A stretch of DNA of 64,000 nucleotides from a bacterium (lineage in GTDB: Bacteria; Hinthialibacterota; Hinthialibacteria; Hinthialibacterales; Hinthialibacteraceae), in the NCBI GenBank assembly GCA_963662285.2, contig CAXXMV010000006.1:1-64000 (forward strand), written 5' to 3'. The number at the start of each line of letters is the position of its first letter. The first letter of the stretch is position 1. A program made the translations under genes and the position numbers. The notes under the pieces were generated by a model. The model was not told the origin of the DNA and searched no databases. It saw only the letters and a list, made by a program, of their open reading frames with translations. Positions 48,251 through 57,357 of the stretch are shown piece by piece.

Positions 48251-48303
48251 TGGTTCTCATTCTCATTGGGATTTGATCAATCTTAAGAAATTGATAATTT
48301 ATT

Positions 48304-48434
48304 TGTCTGAATCAGGATATTCAGGATGGAAGGATACTCAGGATGATGAGACACTTTGGATGATGAGATACTTTGGATGATGCTAAGGTTTTTATCCTGC
48401 TCATCCTTTAATCCGGTAAATCCTGATTCAGACA
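48304..48434. repeat. 131-bp element with 15-bp terminal inverted repeats and internal GGAT/ATCC repeats (MITE-like)
   Basis: TGTCTGAATCAGGAT ... ATCCTGATTCAGACA; internal 17-bp tandem ggatgatgaga(c/t)acttt. Confidence 0.8.
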
Positions 48435-48663
48435 TTTTTTTATGCGTCAATCAAAAGTACTCCCCTTCGGTATGAACCTGATTTTATATTCTAATTCTTT
48501 CATGATCGGTCATGGCGTGTCAAGCGCACTTTGCTTATCTACTTGAACTGAATAATCTTGAATGAATAAGCTTGTTGAGCATCAACCTTGAGTATTTTGT
48601 TTATCTATGGGAAATTACTAGAGATATATATTTTGAATTTATTATTAATTAACAGGTGTTGCT

Positions 48664-49398
48664 ATGGTTTTGTCATCGTCAGAATTACTAGAATTAAAGC
48701 GGTGGAATACGCCAACCATCTATAACGGTTGGGAGCAGATCACCAAATCCGATGCGGCGAAAGACGGTTTTAATCTGGAAGGAACCACAGATTTCATGCC
48801 TTACATGGGATCAATGGCGGGATATGCGGTGACCGTTACCATCCAGCCAAGCCTGGCGGTTGAACCGGATATCTGCGCTCAGCAATGGAAGCAATACCGC
48901 GAGTATATCGCATCGATTAAAGGCCCCAAAATTGTGGTAGTTCAGGATATGGATAATCCCGATTTTGTGGGGGCTTTTTGGGGAGAAGTAAACAGCAGCG
49001 CCCATAAAGCGTTGGGTTGCGTCGGCACGATTACTGACGGGTGCATCCGTGATTATGATGAAATGAAATCCGTCGGTTTCAAGGCTCTAGCCCGTCGCAT
49101 GTGCGTAGGTCACGCGCATTCGATGCCGTTGGAGTGGAATAAAGAGGTCGAAGTCTTTGGCCGGAAAGTGCAACCGGATCAACTCATTCATGCGGACCAG
49201 CATGGTTTTCTGGTTATTCCCCAGGAAGATGAAACAGGCCTATTGGATGCGGCGCGGTTTATGGATACCAATGAGTGTGAAACAGTCCTAGCCGCTGTAC
49301 AGAATGCTTCCGAAGATGATGCAAAAACCATTCTTAACAAACTTGAACAGGCGGGTAAGCAGTTTCAAGTCAATGCAAAGAATAAATTTAGCGGATAG
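48664..49398 (+). CDS. RraA / HMG-aldolase-like family protein
   Basis: TPTIYN, MAGYAVT, IVVVQD, FWGEV, GCVGTITDGCIRD, IHADQHG. Confidence 0.85.
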   Translation: MVLSSSELLELKRWNTPTIYNGWEQITKSDAAKDGFNLEGTTDFMPYMGSMAGYAVTVTIQPSLAVEPDICAQQWKQYREYIASIKGPKIVVVQDMDNPDFVGAFWGEVNSSAHKALGCVGTITDGCIRDYDEMKSVGFKALARRMCVGHAHSMPLEWNKEVEVFGRKVQPDQLIHADQHGFLVIPQEDETGLLDAARFMDTNECETVLAAVQNASEDDAKTILNKLEQAGKQFQVNAKNKFSG

Positions 49399-49405
49399 TG
49401 GGCAG

Positions 49406-49436
49406 CGAGTGGCGAGTGGCAAGTGGCGGGTGGCAA
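49406..49436 (+). repeat. Heptamer tandem repeat C[GA][AG]GTGG x4
   Basis: cgagtgg cgagtgg caagtgg cgggtgg caa. Confidence 0.7.
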
Positions 49437-49592
49437 GGGCAGTGTATTTTCTGCCCTTGATTAAGTTCACCTCATTTATTTCCATAGTTCTTAACAACAA
49501 TCCACTTTTAAGACAGAATCAAATCCAATGTATTGCGCCTAAAATTGGATTACAAAGAACCAAAGGTTTATTAAGTATTTCTAAGGTTGTCA

Positions 49593-49626
49593 GTCAAGGG
49601 CAGAAAGGACGCTGCCCTTGGCACCC
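49593..49626 (+). repeat. CAAGGGC family copy 5 (short-loop variant)
   Basis: gtcaagggcagaaaggacgctgcccttggcaccc, one mismatch from the 3595-3628 copy. Confidence 0.85.
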
Positions 49627-49740
49627 TTATTGATCTATTCATATCAATGAATTAAGACAAGACTTTTGGGTAAGGATCAGCCCTCTTGGAGAGGCTAAGG
49701 TGAGGGCGTAATTACAAAAAAACACATACAAAGGAACATT

Positions 49741-51411
49741 ATGAATATTTCGATATCCCGGCGTGAATTATTGTTATCAGCAGTGGCGGCGCCTGCTTTG
49801 GGGCGCGTGGGACATGCGCAAACATCGTCATCAGTTGTTGAACGTCATGATCAGAATCTTGAGAAAACACTACGGCGTCAGAATACCGATTCCGAAAGCC
49901 GCTGGTGCGGGGGAGTTCCTGACTCTTGGGAACTGTATCACTGTGGCTCTGCAGGAGGATTGCTGCATGCCGGAGCTGCATCCTATTTTCATCCGGAATC
50001 CAAGTTATATAAAAACCCACGCTTGTTTGAACGTATGAAACTGGCGGCGGGTTTTCTGGAACGGATGCAGACTGACCAGGGAAATATCGATCTGCTAACC
50101 ACTAATTTCAACTCGCCGCCGGATACCGGTTTTGTGGTTCATCGCGTAGCCAGCGCCGCCAAACTGGCGGCCATGAATAACGATAATAGCGTCTTGAAAT
50201 TGATGGAAACTTTCCTGCGCCGCGCCGGTTCTGGATTAGCCCAGGGGGGCATTCATACTCCAAACCACCGTTGGGTGGTTAGCGCGGCTCTGGCGCAAAT
50301 CAATGATGTCTTTCCTGATAAATGCTATGTACAACGCATCGATCAATGGCTTGCTGAAGGAATTGATATTGATGAAGAAGGCATGTTCATCGAACGCAGC
50401 ACGACGGTTTACAACACGGTATGCGACTATTCGTTTGTGGTGCTGGCCCATAAATTGAACCGCCCGGCATTACTGGAACCGGTGCGGAAGAACCTGGACG
50501 CCATGCTCTACCTGGTTCACCCTAATTTTGAGGTGGTGACCGAGATATCACGCCGCCAGGATTTGAATACACGGGCCGGGATGGATGGGTATTGGTTCCC
50601 GCTACGCTATATGGCGATTCATGATGATAATGAACAATACGCCGCTATTTTGAAATCATTGGAGCCGGATAGAATCAATTTAGGATTCATGATGGAATAT
50701 CCCGAACTGCAAAAAACACTGCCGAATCCAAGTCCAATTCCTGATAAATATAAAAAAGAATATCCACTCTCCGAAATCACCCGGATTCGCAACGGTAAAA
50801 CCAGCGCAACCATTATGCATCTCAACAACAACCGTTGGATGGCCGTGCGTCATGGCGACGCCGTCATCAACGCTATCCGTTTCGCTTCGGCCTTTTTCGG
50901 TAAAGGACAGTTCACCCCCGAACAGTTTGAAATGAAGCAGGGCGTTTATCATTTTAAGCAGGAATTAAGAGGCCCCTATTATCAACCTCTATCAGATCAA
51001 AATCTATTGCCGATTGACCGCGACAAATGGGGCAAATCGCGTTCGTATAGAGATCAAAGCGAAATTTGCGAAATGGTTTATGATTGTTATATTAAAGAGA
51101 CGGCAGGCGGTTTTGAGATTGATATCAGTGCGACTGGAACGAACAATGTTCCATTGGCGATAGAAATCAACCTGCGCGATGGAGGCGTTCTGGAGAAGGT
51201 TGATCCGGCGCCCAATGTCAATGACGCCTATCTGCTCAAAGATGGTTTCGCCAAATTTAGCATGGGGAACGACTGCATCAGTTTCGGCCCCGGTTGCTAT
51301 GAACATGCATATACTCAGATTCGAGGAGCGGAAGCCAAACTGTCAGGATCAAGCGTATACCTGACTGGTTTTACGCCATTCAAGCATACTTTGAATATAA
51401 GAATTGGTTGA
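49741..51411 (+). CDS. Tat-exported hypothetical protein, probable alpha/alpha-toroid plus beta-sandwich (heparinase II/III-like architecture)
   Basis: Twin-arginine SRRELL signal; motifs NFNSPPDTGF, GGIHTPNHRWV, ERSTTVYN; the fold assignment is inference. Confidence 0.6.
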   Translation: MNISISRRELLLSAVAAPALGRVGHAQTSSSVVERHDQNLEKTLRRQNTDSESRWCGGVPDSWELYHCGSAGGLLHAGAASYFHPESKLYKNPRLFERMKLAAGFLERMQTDQGNIDLLTTNFNSPPDTGFVVHRVASAAKLAAMNNDNSVLKLMETFLRRAGSGLAQGGIHTPNHRWVVSAALAQINDVFPDKCYVQRIDQWLAEGIDIDEEGMFIERSTTVYNTVCDYSFVVLAHKLNRPALLEPVRKNLDAMLYLVHPNFEVVTEISRRQDLNTRAGMDGYWFPLRYMAIHDDNEQYAAILKSLEPDRINLGFMMEYPELQKTLPNPSPIPDKYKKEYPLSEITRIRNGKTSATIMHLNNNRWMAVRHGDAVINAIRFASAFFGKGQFTPEQFEMKQGVYHFKQELRGPYYQPLSDQNLLPIDRDKWGKSRSYRDQSEICEMVYDCYIKETAGGFEIDISATGTNNVPLAIEINLRDGGVLEKVDPAPNVNDAYLLKDGFAKFSMGNDCISFGPGCYEHAYTQIRGAEAKLSGSSVYLTGFTPFKHTLNIRIG

Positions 51412-51544
51412 TAGCGCATAATCCAGGGGGCTGTGATCTGTTAAAAAGTAAGTCGGATTATCAATAAAATACTCTTGCGAAGCGTTGCAGTAAGTAGCCT
51501 TGATATTTACATTAGAACTACTAAATCATTAATGGGAGAGTGAT

Positions 51545-54265
51545 ATGGTACGCGATACTAATGCAAGAAATAATATTATTACGGTTTATGCAATTGTAGG
51601 CTTGGTGGTTTTGAGTATTGCGTTTGATAGAACAGGGCTATGCGAAGAGATTGATTTATGGGCTGGCGCCTCTAATGGCGTTCTTGATGCTTATGAGATA
51701 TTACAAACCTGCCCGGACGATATCACTGCTGTTCTTAATTCTGAGCGGGATTCATCGCTGGATTATGGGCGTTTGATGGTCAATGGCGTTTCTTTGCCTC
51801 CAATCGGATTATGTCTATACAACCAATCCGGTCTCTCGACCACTATATCTACTGGTATGCCTGAATGGGATGAATTTATTGAAGGACAGATTGATCTGGT
51901 TCATGAATCGGGTATGAACTACATAAGTTTGAATATGTTCAATCCAACTGCATACAACGGGCCGGCTTTTCCATCGGCTGAGGATTTGCTTGATGAACAT
52001 AATTGGAATTGGCGAATGCGTGACGCAATGCTGGATTACGCCGCTCAACAAGGCGTTTCTATTATAATGAAGATGAATGTTCATTCGTTCCCGCATTGGT
52101 GGATGGAGCAATACCCGGAAGAACAACAAACCGATCAATATGGAGACAAATGGGATGTGATTAGTTTTGGGAACGAAGAGTACCGTGAAATTATCGGGAA
52201 AATCATTCTTACCATAGTTGAGCGTTATCAGAATCATCCTGCGGTACTGGGTTGGGATGTGCGAGTTGGCAGCACATCAGAGAATAATTATGCTCCACCA
52301 TATACGGTTGATATTCTTAATCCACCAACAACGGTTTGCGATTATTCCGATGGCGCTTTAGCCCGGTTTCATGAGTGGCTGCGCAACCGCTATGAAACAG
52401 ACGCAGCATTACAGGCGGCGTGGGGTGATGAGAGCGTGACATTGGACGCAGCCGCCATGCCTGAGCCGCTGGAGGATTTAGAAACCAGTTCTCCTCTTGA
52501 TGTTATTCCATACATCAATACAGCTGGCGATTCCCGGCGTTCGTTTTATGATTGGACGAAATTCCGTTTGGAACAGAAGAACGCAGATGCATTCTACTTT
52601 GGCGCCTTGGTGCGCCAGCAGGACCCCAACCATATTGTCATCACTGATCCAGCCTTTGCTCCACTTCAATTAGTTGATTTCAAGTCAGGGCAGAACGACG
52701 GTTCACTCTATTATCAATCAGATGTTTTTGATGGAATCAATTTACATCCCAGAATCGGACACGAAGATGAATCCCGCAATTTTAATCAATCACGGTTTGG
52801 GCTATATAGTTTTAACAGATATACGCGGCATAACAATAAACTGGGCTTCTGGAGCATGGAAGAAACCAGCGAAATGATCAGTGATATTGATGAAGATAAT
52901 TTATGGAAACTGAAAAGCATAATGGCCATGAACGCCGCCACCGGGATAGGGCATGGCATGGTGAGCGGCAACGAAGACGCGGATGATGAAGATAAGATGC
53001 TGCCGGCGTGGTCCAGCGTGGAGTTTGATGAATTCAAAAAGTACCGCAGCATCTTTTCGGCGCCGAACCTGGCCCCGGGGCGTGCGGGTGTTGCGGTTTT
53101 AAGTGATGAAACTAATCAAGGATATTACTATTGGCTTTCGGGTAACCTCCGCCCCATGGGAGACCGGGTGACCTTTTTGGAATCGCTTTTCGATCAGGCG
53201 CTGGATTATGATGTTATAACTTCCGAAGAAATAATTGCCAATCCAGATGTAGTCGATCAGTTTCAGGCGGTAATGGCGATAGATCTTCCCCGTCTGCCGC
53301 TCGAAGCAGCCAATATATTAGCCGCTTACCGGGATGGCGGTGGCGGATTGTTTATCGGCGGTATGACTGGAATCTATGATATATATGGAAATCCCGACGC
53401 AAGTTCATTGGAGGCATTACTGGGCGCCTCGATCAGTGAGTTCAATCAAGACGCTGCTGCTATAAGCGCATGGGGATTTGATGGGGACGATCCATTACTG
53501 GATGATATGACTCTATCGAGAATCAACAATATGTACTATATCCCCAAATTCGATCTCGAAGCCAGCGGATATGAAGCGCTGGGGCATTTATTGAGCGATC
53601 CCGATGCAGCAACTGTTGGTCGAAAAGATAAAACTGTGTTCTGGTTTCCAAAGATTAGCATTGATAAGCCGGAAATCATTGATCCATTCCAGCAGAATCT
53701 CTGGGAATTATGGGGCGTTAGTCCTTTAGCAATCGCCGAAGACGGCGTTGAAGCGTGCGGAGGGAATTATCGATTTGTTTTTACCCGGAATACGGTCGAT
53801 GTGACTGTTCCATTTGAACCACAGGAAGCGGATGCCGGAACCTTAGTATGGGATTGGTTGTCTATGGCGCAGGTAGATATTATAGAAGCCGGAGAAACTG
53901 CTGAAGCGCATTTCACAACCAGCGAAAATGAAAGTTACTTCCTGGGATTCACTCCCATGACTCAAGAATTGCAATTGGTAGCCGCACAGGGAGCATATAT
54001 TGATCGAATAGAACGGAATGATAATAATAACCGATTGTCAGCAGCCCTATATAGAGCAACTCTACCGGATGAAATAACGGTAGTGGTTTATTCGGGCGAT
54101 CAAGATATTGAATCGGTGGGCGTGGTTGGGGGCGAGTTAATCGATTTGCAACTAAATGATACTGAAACGGCTTGGATTATTAGAGTGAGGCCGAGTAATA
54201 GCGTGTTGACAATTAATGCATATACTTTTGAATTAGTAAATGTGCAAGTTTGGGAGTTATACTGA
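51545..54265 (+). CDS. Secreted GH42-like (beta-galactosidase-type TIM barrel plus trimerisation-like domain) protein with C-terminal V-x-x-W-x-L-Y motif
   Basis: N-terminal hydrophobic signal; PHWWMEQYPE, ERYQNHPAVLGW, FHEWLRNRY...LQAAWG, DWTKFR, VRQQDPNH; ends VNVQVWELY. Confidence 0.72.
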   Translation: MVRDTNARNNIITVYAIVGLVVLSIAFDRTGLCEEIDLWAGASNGVLDAYEILQTCPDDITAVLNSERDSSLDYGRLMVNGVSLPPIGLCLYNQSGLSTTISTGMPEWDEFIEGQIDLVHESGMNYISLNMFNPTAYNGPAFPSAEDLLDEHNWNWRMRDAMLDYAAQQGVSIIMKMNVHSFPHWWMEQYPEEQQTDQYGDKWDVISFGNEEYREIIGKIILTIVERYQNHPAVLGWDVRVGSTSENNYAPPYTVDILNPPTTVCDYSDGALARFHEWLRNRYETDAALQAAWGDESVTLDAAAMPEPLEDLETSSPLDVIPYINTAGDSRRSFYDWTKFRLEQKNADAFYFGALVRQQDPNHIVITDPAFAPLQLVDFKSGQNDGSLYYQSDVFDGINLHPRIGHEDESRNFNQSRFGLYSFNRYTRHNNKLGFWSMEETSEMISDIDEDNLWKLKSIMAMNAATGIGHGMVSGNEDADDEDKMLPAWSSVEFDEFKKYRSIFSAPNLAPGRAGVAVLSDETNQGYYYWLSGNLRPMGDRVTFLESLFDQALDYDVITSEEIIANPDVVDQFQAVMAIDLPRLPLEAANILAAYRDGGGGLFIGGMTGIYDIYGNPDASSLEALLGASISEFNQDAAAISAWGFDGDDPLLDDMTLSRINNMYYIPKFDLEASGYEALGHLLSDPDAATVGRKDKTVFWFPKISIDKPEIIDPFQQNLWELWGVSPLAIAEDGVEACGGNYRFVFTRNTVDVTVPFEPQEADAGTLVWDWLSMAQVDIIEAGETAEAHFTTSENESYFLGFTPMTQELQLVAAQGAYIDRIERNDNNNRLSAALYRATLPDEITVVVYSGDQDIESVGVVGGELIDLQLNDTETAWIIRVRPSNSVLTINAYTFELVNVQVWELY

Positions 54266-54333
54266 TTAACAAAATGAGGGCGAGGAGATACACTCTTATA
54301 TAAGTATATAATATTCTTATTATCAGGAGAATT

Positions 54334-54900
54334 ATGTTGAACCGCGCTTTTACATTAATCGAACTACTCATCGTTGTAGCAATTATTGGAATCTTGGCAG
54401 CTATTGCCGTGCCGAATTTTTTGAATGCTCAGATCCGGGCTAAAATAGCGGGAACTCAGGCTGATATGCGAAACCTGGGTACGGCGATAGAGAGTTATCG
54501 TCTGGATAACAATAATCCACCACGAACCTACACGCTTGGTTGTTATACCGGGACATGTCAGGGAGTTCAGATGTCCCGTTATCAACGTTTAGCTCAACTT
54601 ACCACGCCGGTTTCATTTATGAGTTCGGTGCCTAAAGATAAGTTCAACCGCATTGAATTTGAAACTACTGATCCAGTTAATACCTATCCATATTGGGAGC
54701 CGCGATTCGCGGATACTTACCGTAATCCTAATCAGTTAGGAAGGCATTTCAAAGACCAGCAATCACCCAATAGGTTATGGGCCTTGATGAGTTATGGTCC
54801 TGATGGCGACTTCGAAGCAGCAGGCGGCGGCGATTTAGCGCCATTCGAAGTATCTAATGGATTAAACTCAAACGGAGATATTATGCGTTTTGGTTTGTAG
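54334..54900 (+). CDS. Prepilin-type N-terminal cleavage/methylation protein, GspG-like (paralogue 2)
   Basis: A|FTLIELLIVVAIIGILAAIAVPNF; LTTPVSFMSSVPKD; GPDGD...SNGLNSNGD; RBS AGGAG. Confidence 0.9.
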   Translation: MLNRAFTLIELLIVVAIIGILAAIAVPNFLNAQIRAKIAGTQADMRNLGTAIESYRLDNNNPPRTYTLGCYTGTCQGVQMSRYQRLAQLTTPVSFMSSVPKDKFNRIEFETTDPVNTYPYWEPRFADTYRNPNQLGRHFKDQQSPNRLWALMSYGPDGDFEAAGGGDLAPFEVSNGLNSNGDIMRFGL

Positions 54901-55372
54901 AGCGGTCATTAAACGATAAAAATGAACGAGCCAATGTTGATTTATTTTAATTGAATTAACATTGGCATCGGAAAAATCAAGCAGTAGTTTTTTATAAATT
55001 ATTACCATATTCGGGTAATATCCTTGCAATACTAATACTTGTTCTTGTTTCTCATTTGCTTTCGTCCGAAAGCAATCCCCCTGAAGTTCTGCTGTTTCAT
55101 GAGTGATATTAATCTTTGATCCTGCATGCTTGGGCATTTTTTTGAGGGAAAAAATGGAGTTTACATGGTTTTGGTTCATTAATTGCTTCGATTGTTGTAT
55201 TGATTATGGAAATAACATTGTTTTTTGTAATAAAATAGTGATTTTTTAGTAGAATTATTATAATGAGAAAGATTTAATCGTATTTATACGTATTTTGATA
55301 ATAGGAGTGATTTTCTATATTATGGGTATATATCTTATTTACAGTACATACTGTAATGAATTGAGTTGAGGT

Positions 55373-56311
55373 ATGAATAAATCGGACTTTGATTATGCGC
55401 AAGAGGGGATACGGCAGGCTCTTGTGCAACAATATGTTAAGGATAATCCTGGAATTCGTGAACGGGATGTGGTTATCGCATGTAAAAACGGGAAACTTTT
55501 TTTTACGGATATAACTTCATTTCTAGCGGATGACGAATTGAAGAATAAATCCGGCACAAATATTCTTCAAGCCAATAGGATGTTCGAGTCTCTGCCTGTT
55601 CATAATGATGAGAATTGGCAGGATTCTATTGAATCAGTCAGCAATTCCAGGCAGATTATAGATTGCCTACATTCTTCACCTTTTTGTGTTTTTACCGATA
55701 TTGAAAGGATTGACCATCTTAATTCTATCAAGAATTTAGAAAGTCTTTGCGCCGCAAAAACAGTCCATTACAACGATATTTCCAAGAAAATGTCGGCTTT
55801 GAAAGAAGATGGTATATCTCTAGTTACTTCACGGGCTAGAGTGGTTATCCTCGATTATCTGTATGCCGTCATTGATCAGTTAAAAACTTTGCTTACAATT
55901 TTTAACTATGAAGTTAAAATCGGCAATCTGTTTCTTAAACAATCGAGCAAGTTTCTCGATATGAATCTTAAAGATAACCATGGTGACCCCGCATCGTTCG
56001 ATTTAAGTCAGATCAATAACATTAATAAAACGATGAGCGGCAATAACAGGCTTTCGATAGATGATTCGCTTTCTTTTAATGAAAATATATTGATTGAGAC
56101 CAGAAAAACTCTCCTTAAAACGTTACAAAGTATGAAAAAGAAACTGGCGCAAAGGCGCATGAAAATTCAAGAAATTTGGGCGGATATCAGCGCCTTGCAA
56201 CAACCGATAGAGGAACTTAAAAATAATTATTCAGATTGCCGTATTATTATCAATAACCTTAAGGAGCAAGATTCTAAAAATAGAATGGCCCGTTTTAAGA
56301 GAAGGCCTTAA
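55373..56311 (+). CDS. Hypothetical coiled-coil protein
   Basis: 312-aa ORF with RBS GAGG; helical C-half. Confidence 0.7.
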   Translation: MNKSDFDYAQEGIRQALVQQYVKDNPGIRERDVVIACKNGKLFFTDITSFLADDELKNKSGTNILQANRMFESLPVHNDENWQDSIESVSNSRQIIDCLHSSPFCVFTDIERIDHLNSIKNLESLCAAKTVHYNDISKKMSALKEDGISLVTSRARVVILDYLYAVIDQLKTLLTIFNYEVKIGNLFLKQSSKFLDMNLKDNHGDPASFDLSQINNINKTMSGNNRLSIDDSLSFNENILIETRKTLLKTLQSMKKKLAQRRMKIQEIWADISALQQPIEELKNNYSDCRIIINNLKEQDSKNRMARFKRRP

Positions 56312-56438
56312 CCGTTGTTTATGACAATCAACTTATTCCATTAGTTTTATTCCCCTATTAAAGTAATAATATCTTTCATCTCACCGGCGTGCTTTTTTTA
56401 TGATGCGAAATAACATAATGGATTCTGGTGAAAACAAT

Positions 56439-57170
56439 ATGCATCTCTCTGATTATGATGTTGTACTTGTGCGTCCGTCGATTGCCGAAAATGTCGGTTT
56501 GACAGCGCGGAGTATGAAGGCCTTTGGATTTAAATCATTAGTGTTGACATCGCCTGGTTTTGACTGGAATCCTGGTAGTCCTGCATATAAAACCGCCTGT
56601 GGTTCCGCCGATATTCTCTCTGGCGCCCGCGTCGTGGATTCGTTGGAAAATGCCGTCGCTCATTCTCATCGGGTGATCGGTTTCTCCAGGCGTAAACATG
56701 ATTTTGACCGTCCTCATATTGATCTAGTTTCATGGGCTGAAGAATTTAAGCGCCATGAAGCATCAAAACATATTTCTCTGGTTTTTGGTCCGGAAGATTT
56801 CGGGCTTTCCAATGAGGATAAGCATCACTGCGATTTGCTGGTCAATATTCCACTGCAAGAAAAAACGATGAGTTTGAATCTGGCGCAGGCGGTTACGGTT
56901 GTTTTGTATGAATTATCCCGTCATTGCTCTGATTTACCCGGTTCAACCACATCACCAGAATTATTCGCCGATCATGCGGATATTCAAAGGGTGGTTGCGC
57001 GGCTTACCCAATTGCTGGATGATACTTCATTTTTTAAACAAGGCCGGAGGGAGCGCCAGATCGAGACGCTGCGTAATATGGTGCAGCGCGTGCAGCTGAC
57101 CGCTTTGGAATATGATGTGGTAATGGGCGTGTTGACTGCATTGCAGAAGGATCATGACTGTAGTGGTTAA
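56439..57170 (+). CDS. SPOUT RNA methyltransferase, TrmJ/LasT family
   Basis: VVLVRP...ENVG...ARSMKAFG, LVFGPEDFGLSN, SLNLAQAV; start at 56439 inferred. Confidence 0.9.
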   Translation: MHLSDYDVVLVRPSIAENVGLTARSMKAFGFKSLVLTSPGFDWNPGSPAYKTACGSADILSGARVVDSLENAVAHSHRVIGFSRRKHDFDRPHIDLVSWAEEFKRHEASKHISLVFGPEDFGLSNEDKHHCDLLVNIPLQEKTMSLNLAQAVTVVLYELSRHCSDLPGSTTSPELFADHADIQRVVARLTQLLDDTSFFKQGRRERQIETLRNMVQRVQLTALEYDVVMGVLTALQKDHDCSG

Positions 57171-57357
57171 TAAAAGTTAATCATCTAGCGTTAAAGTCTG
57201 TCCATGAAACAATCGTATGAATAAATCTAGCTTCCCCATCTTTACTTGGAAATCCTTTATATATTAAATTATAGTAGACCATCCAACAGTGTTTGGCGAA
57301 ATACTTGTGGGTAAGTTGGATGGTATGCCTTCTCAAATAATAATAGAGGAAAGTCCA

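Noticed and set aside
54868-55179. 103-aa minus-strand ORF
   Set aside because: No RBS or motif, overlaps the pilin gene end and lies in AT-rich intergenic sequence; not supportable.
55324-55339. Sigma-54-like GGGTATATATCTTATT upstream of 55373
   Set aside because: Lacks the -12 GC and deviates at -24; too weak in AT-rich DNA.
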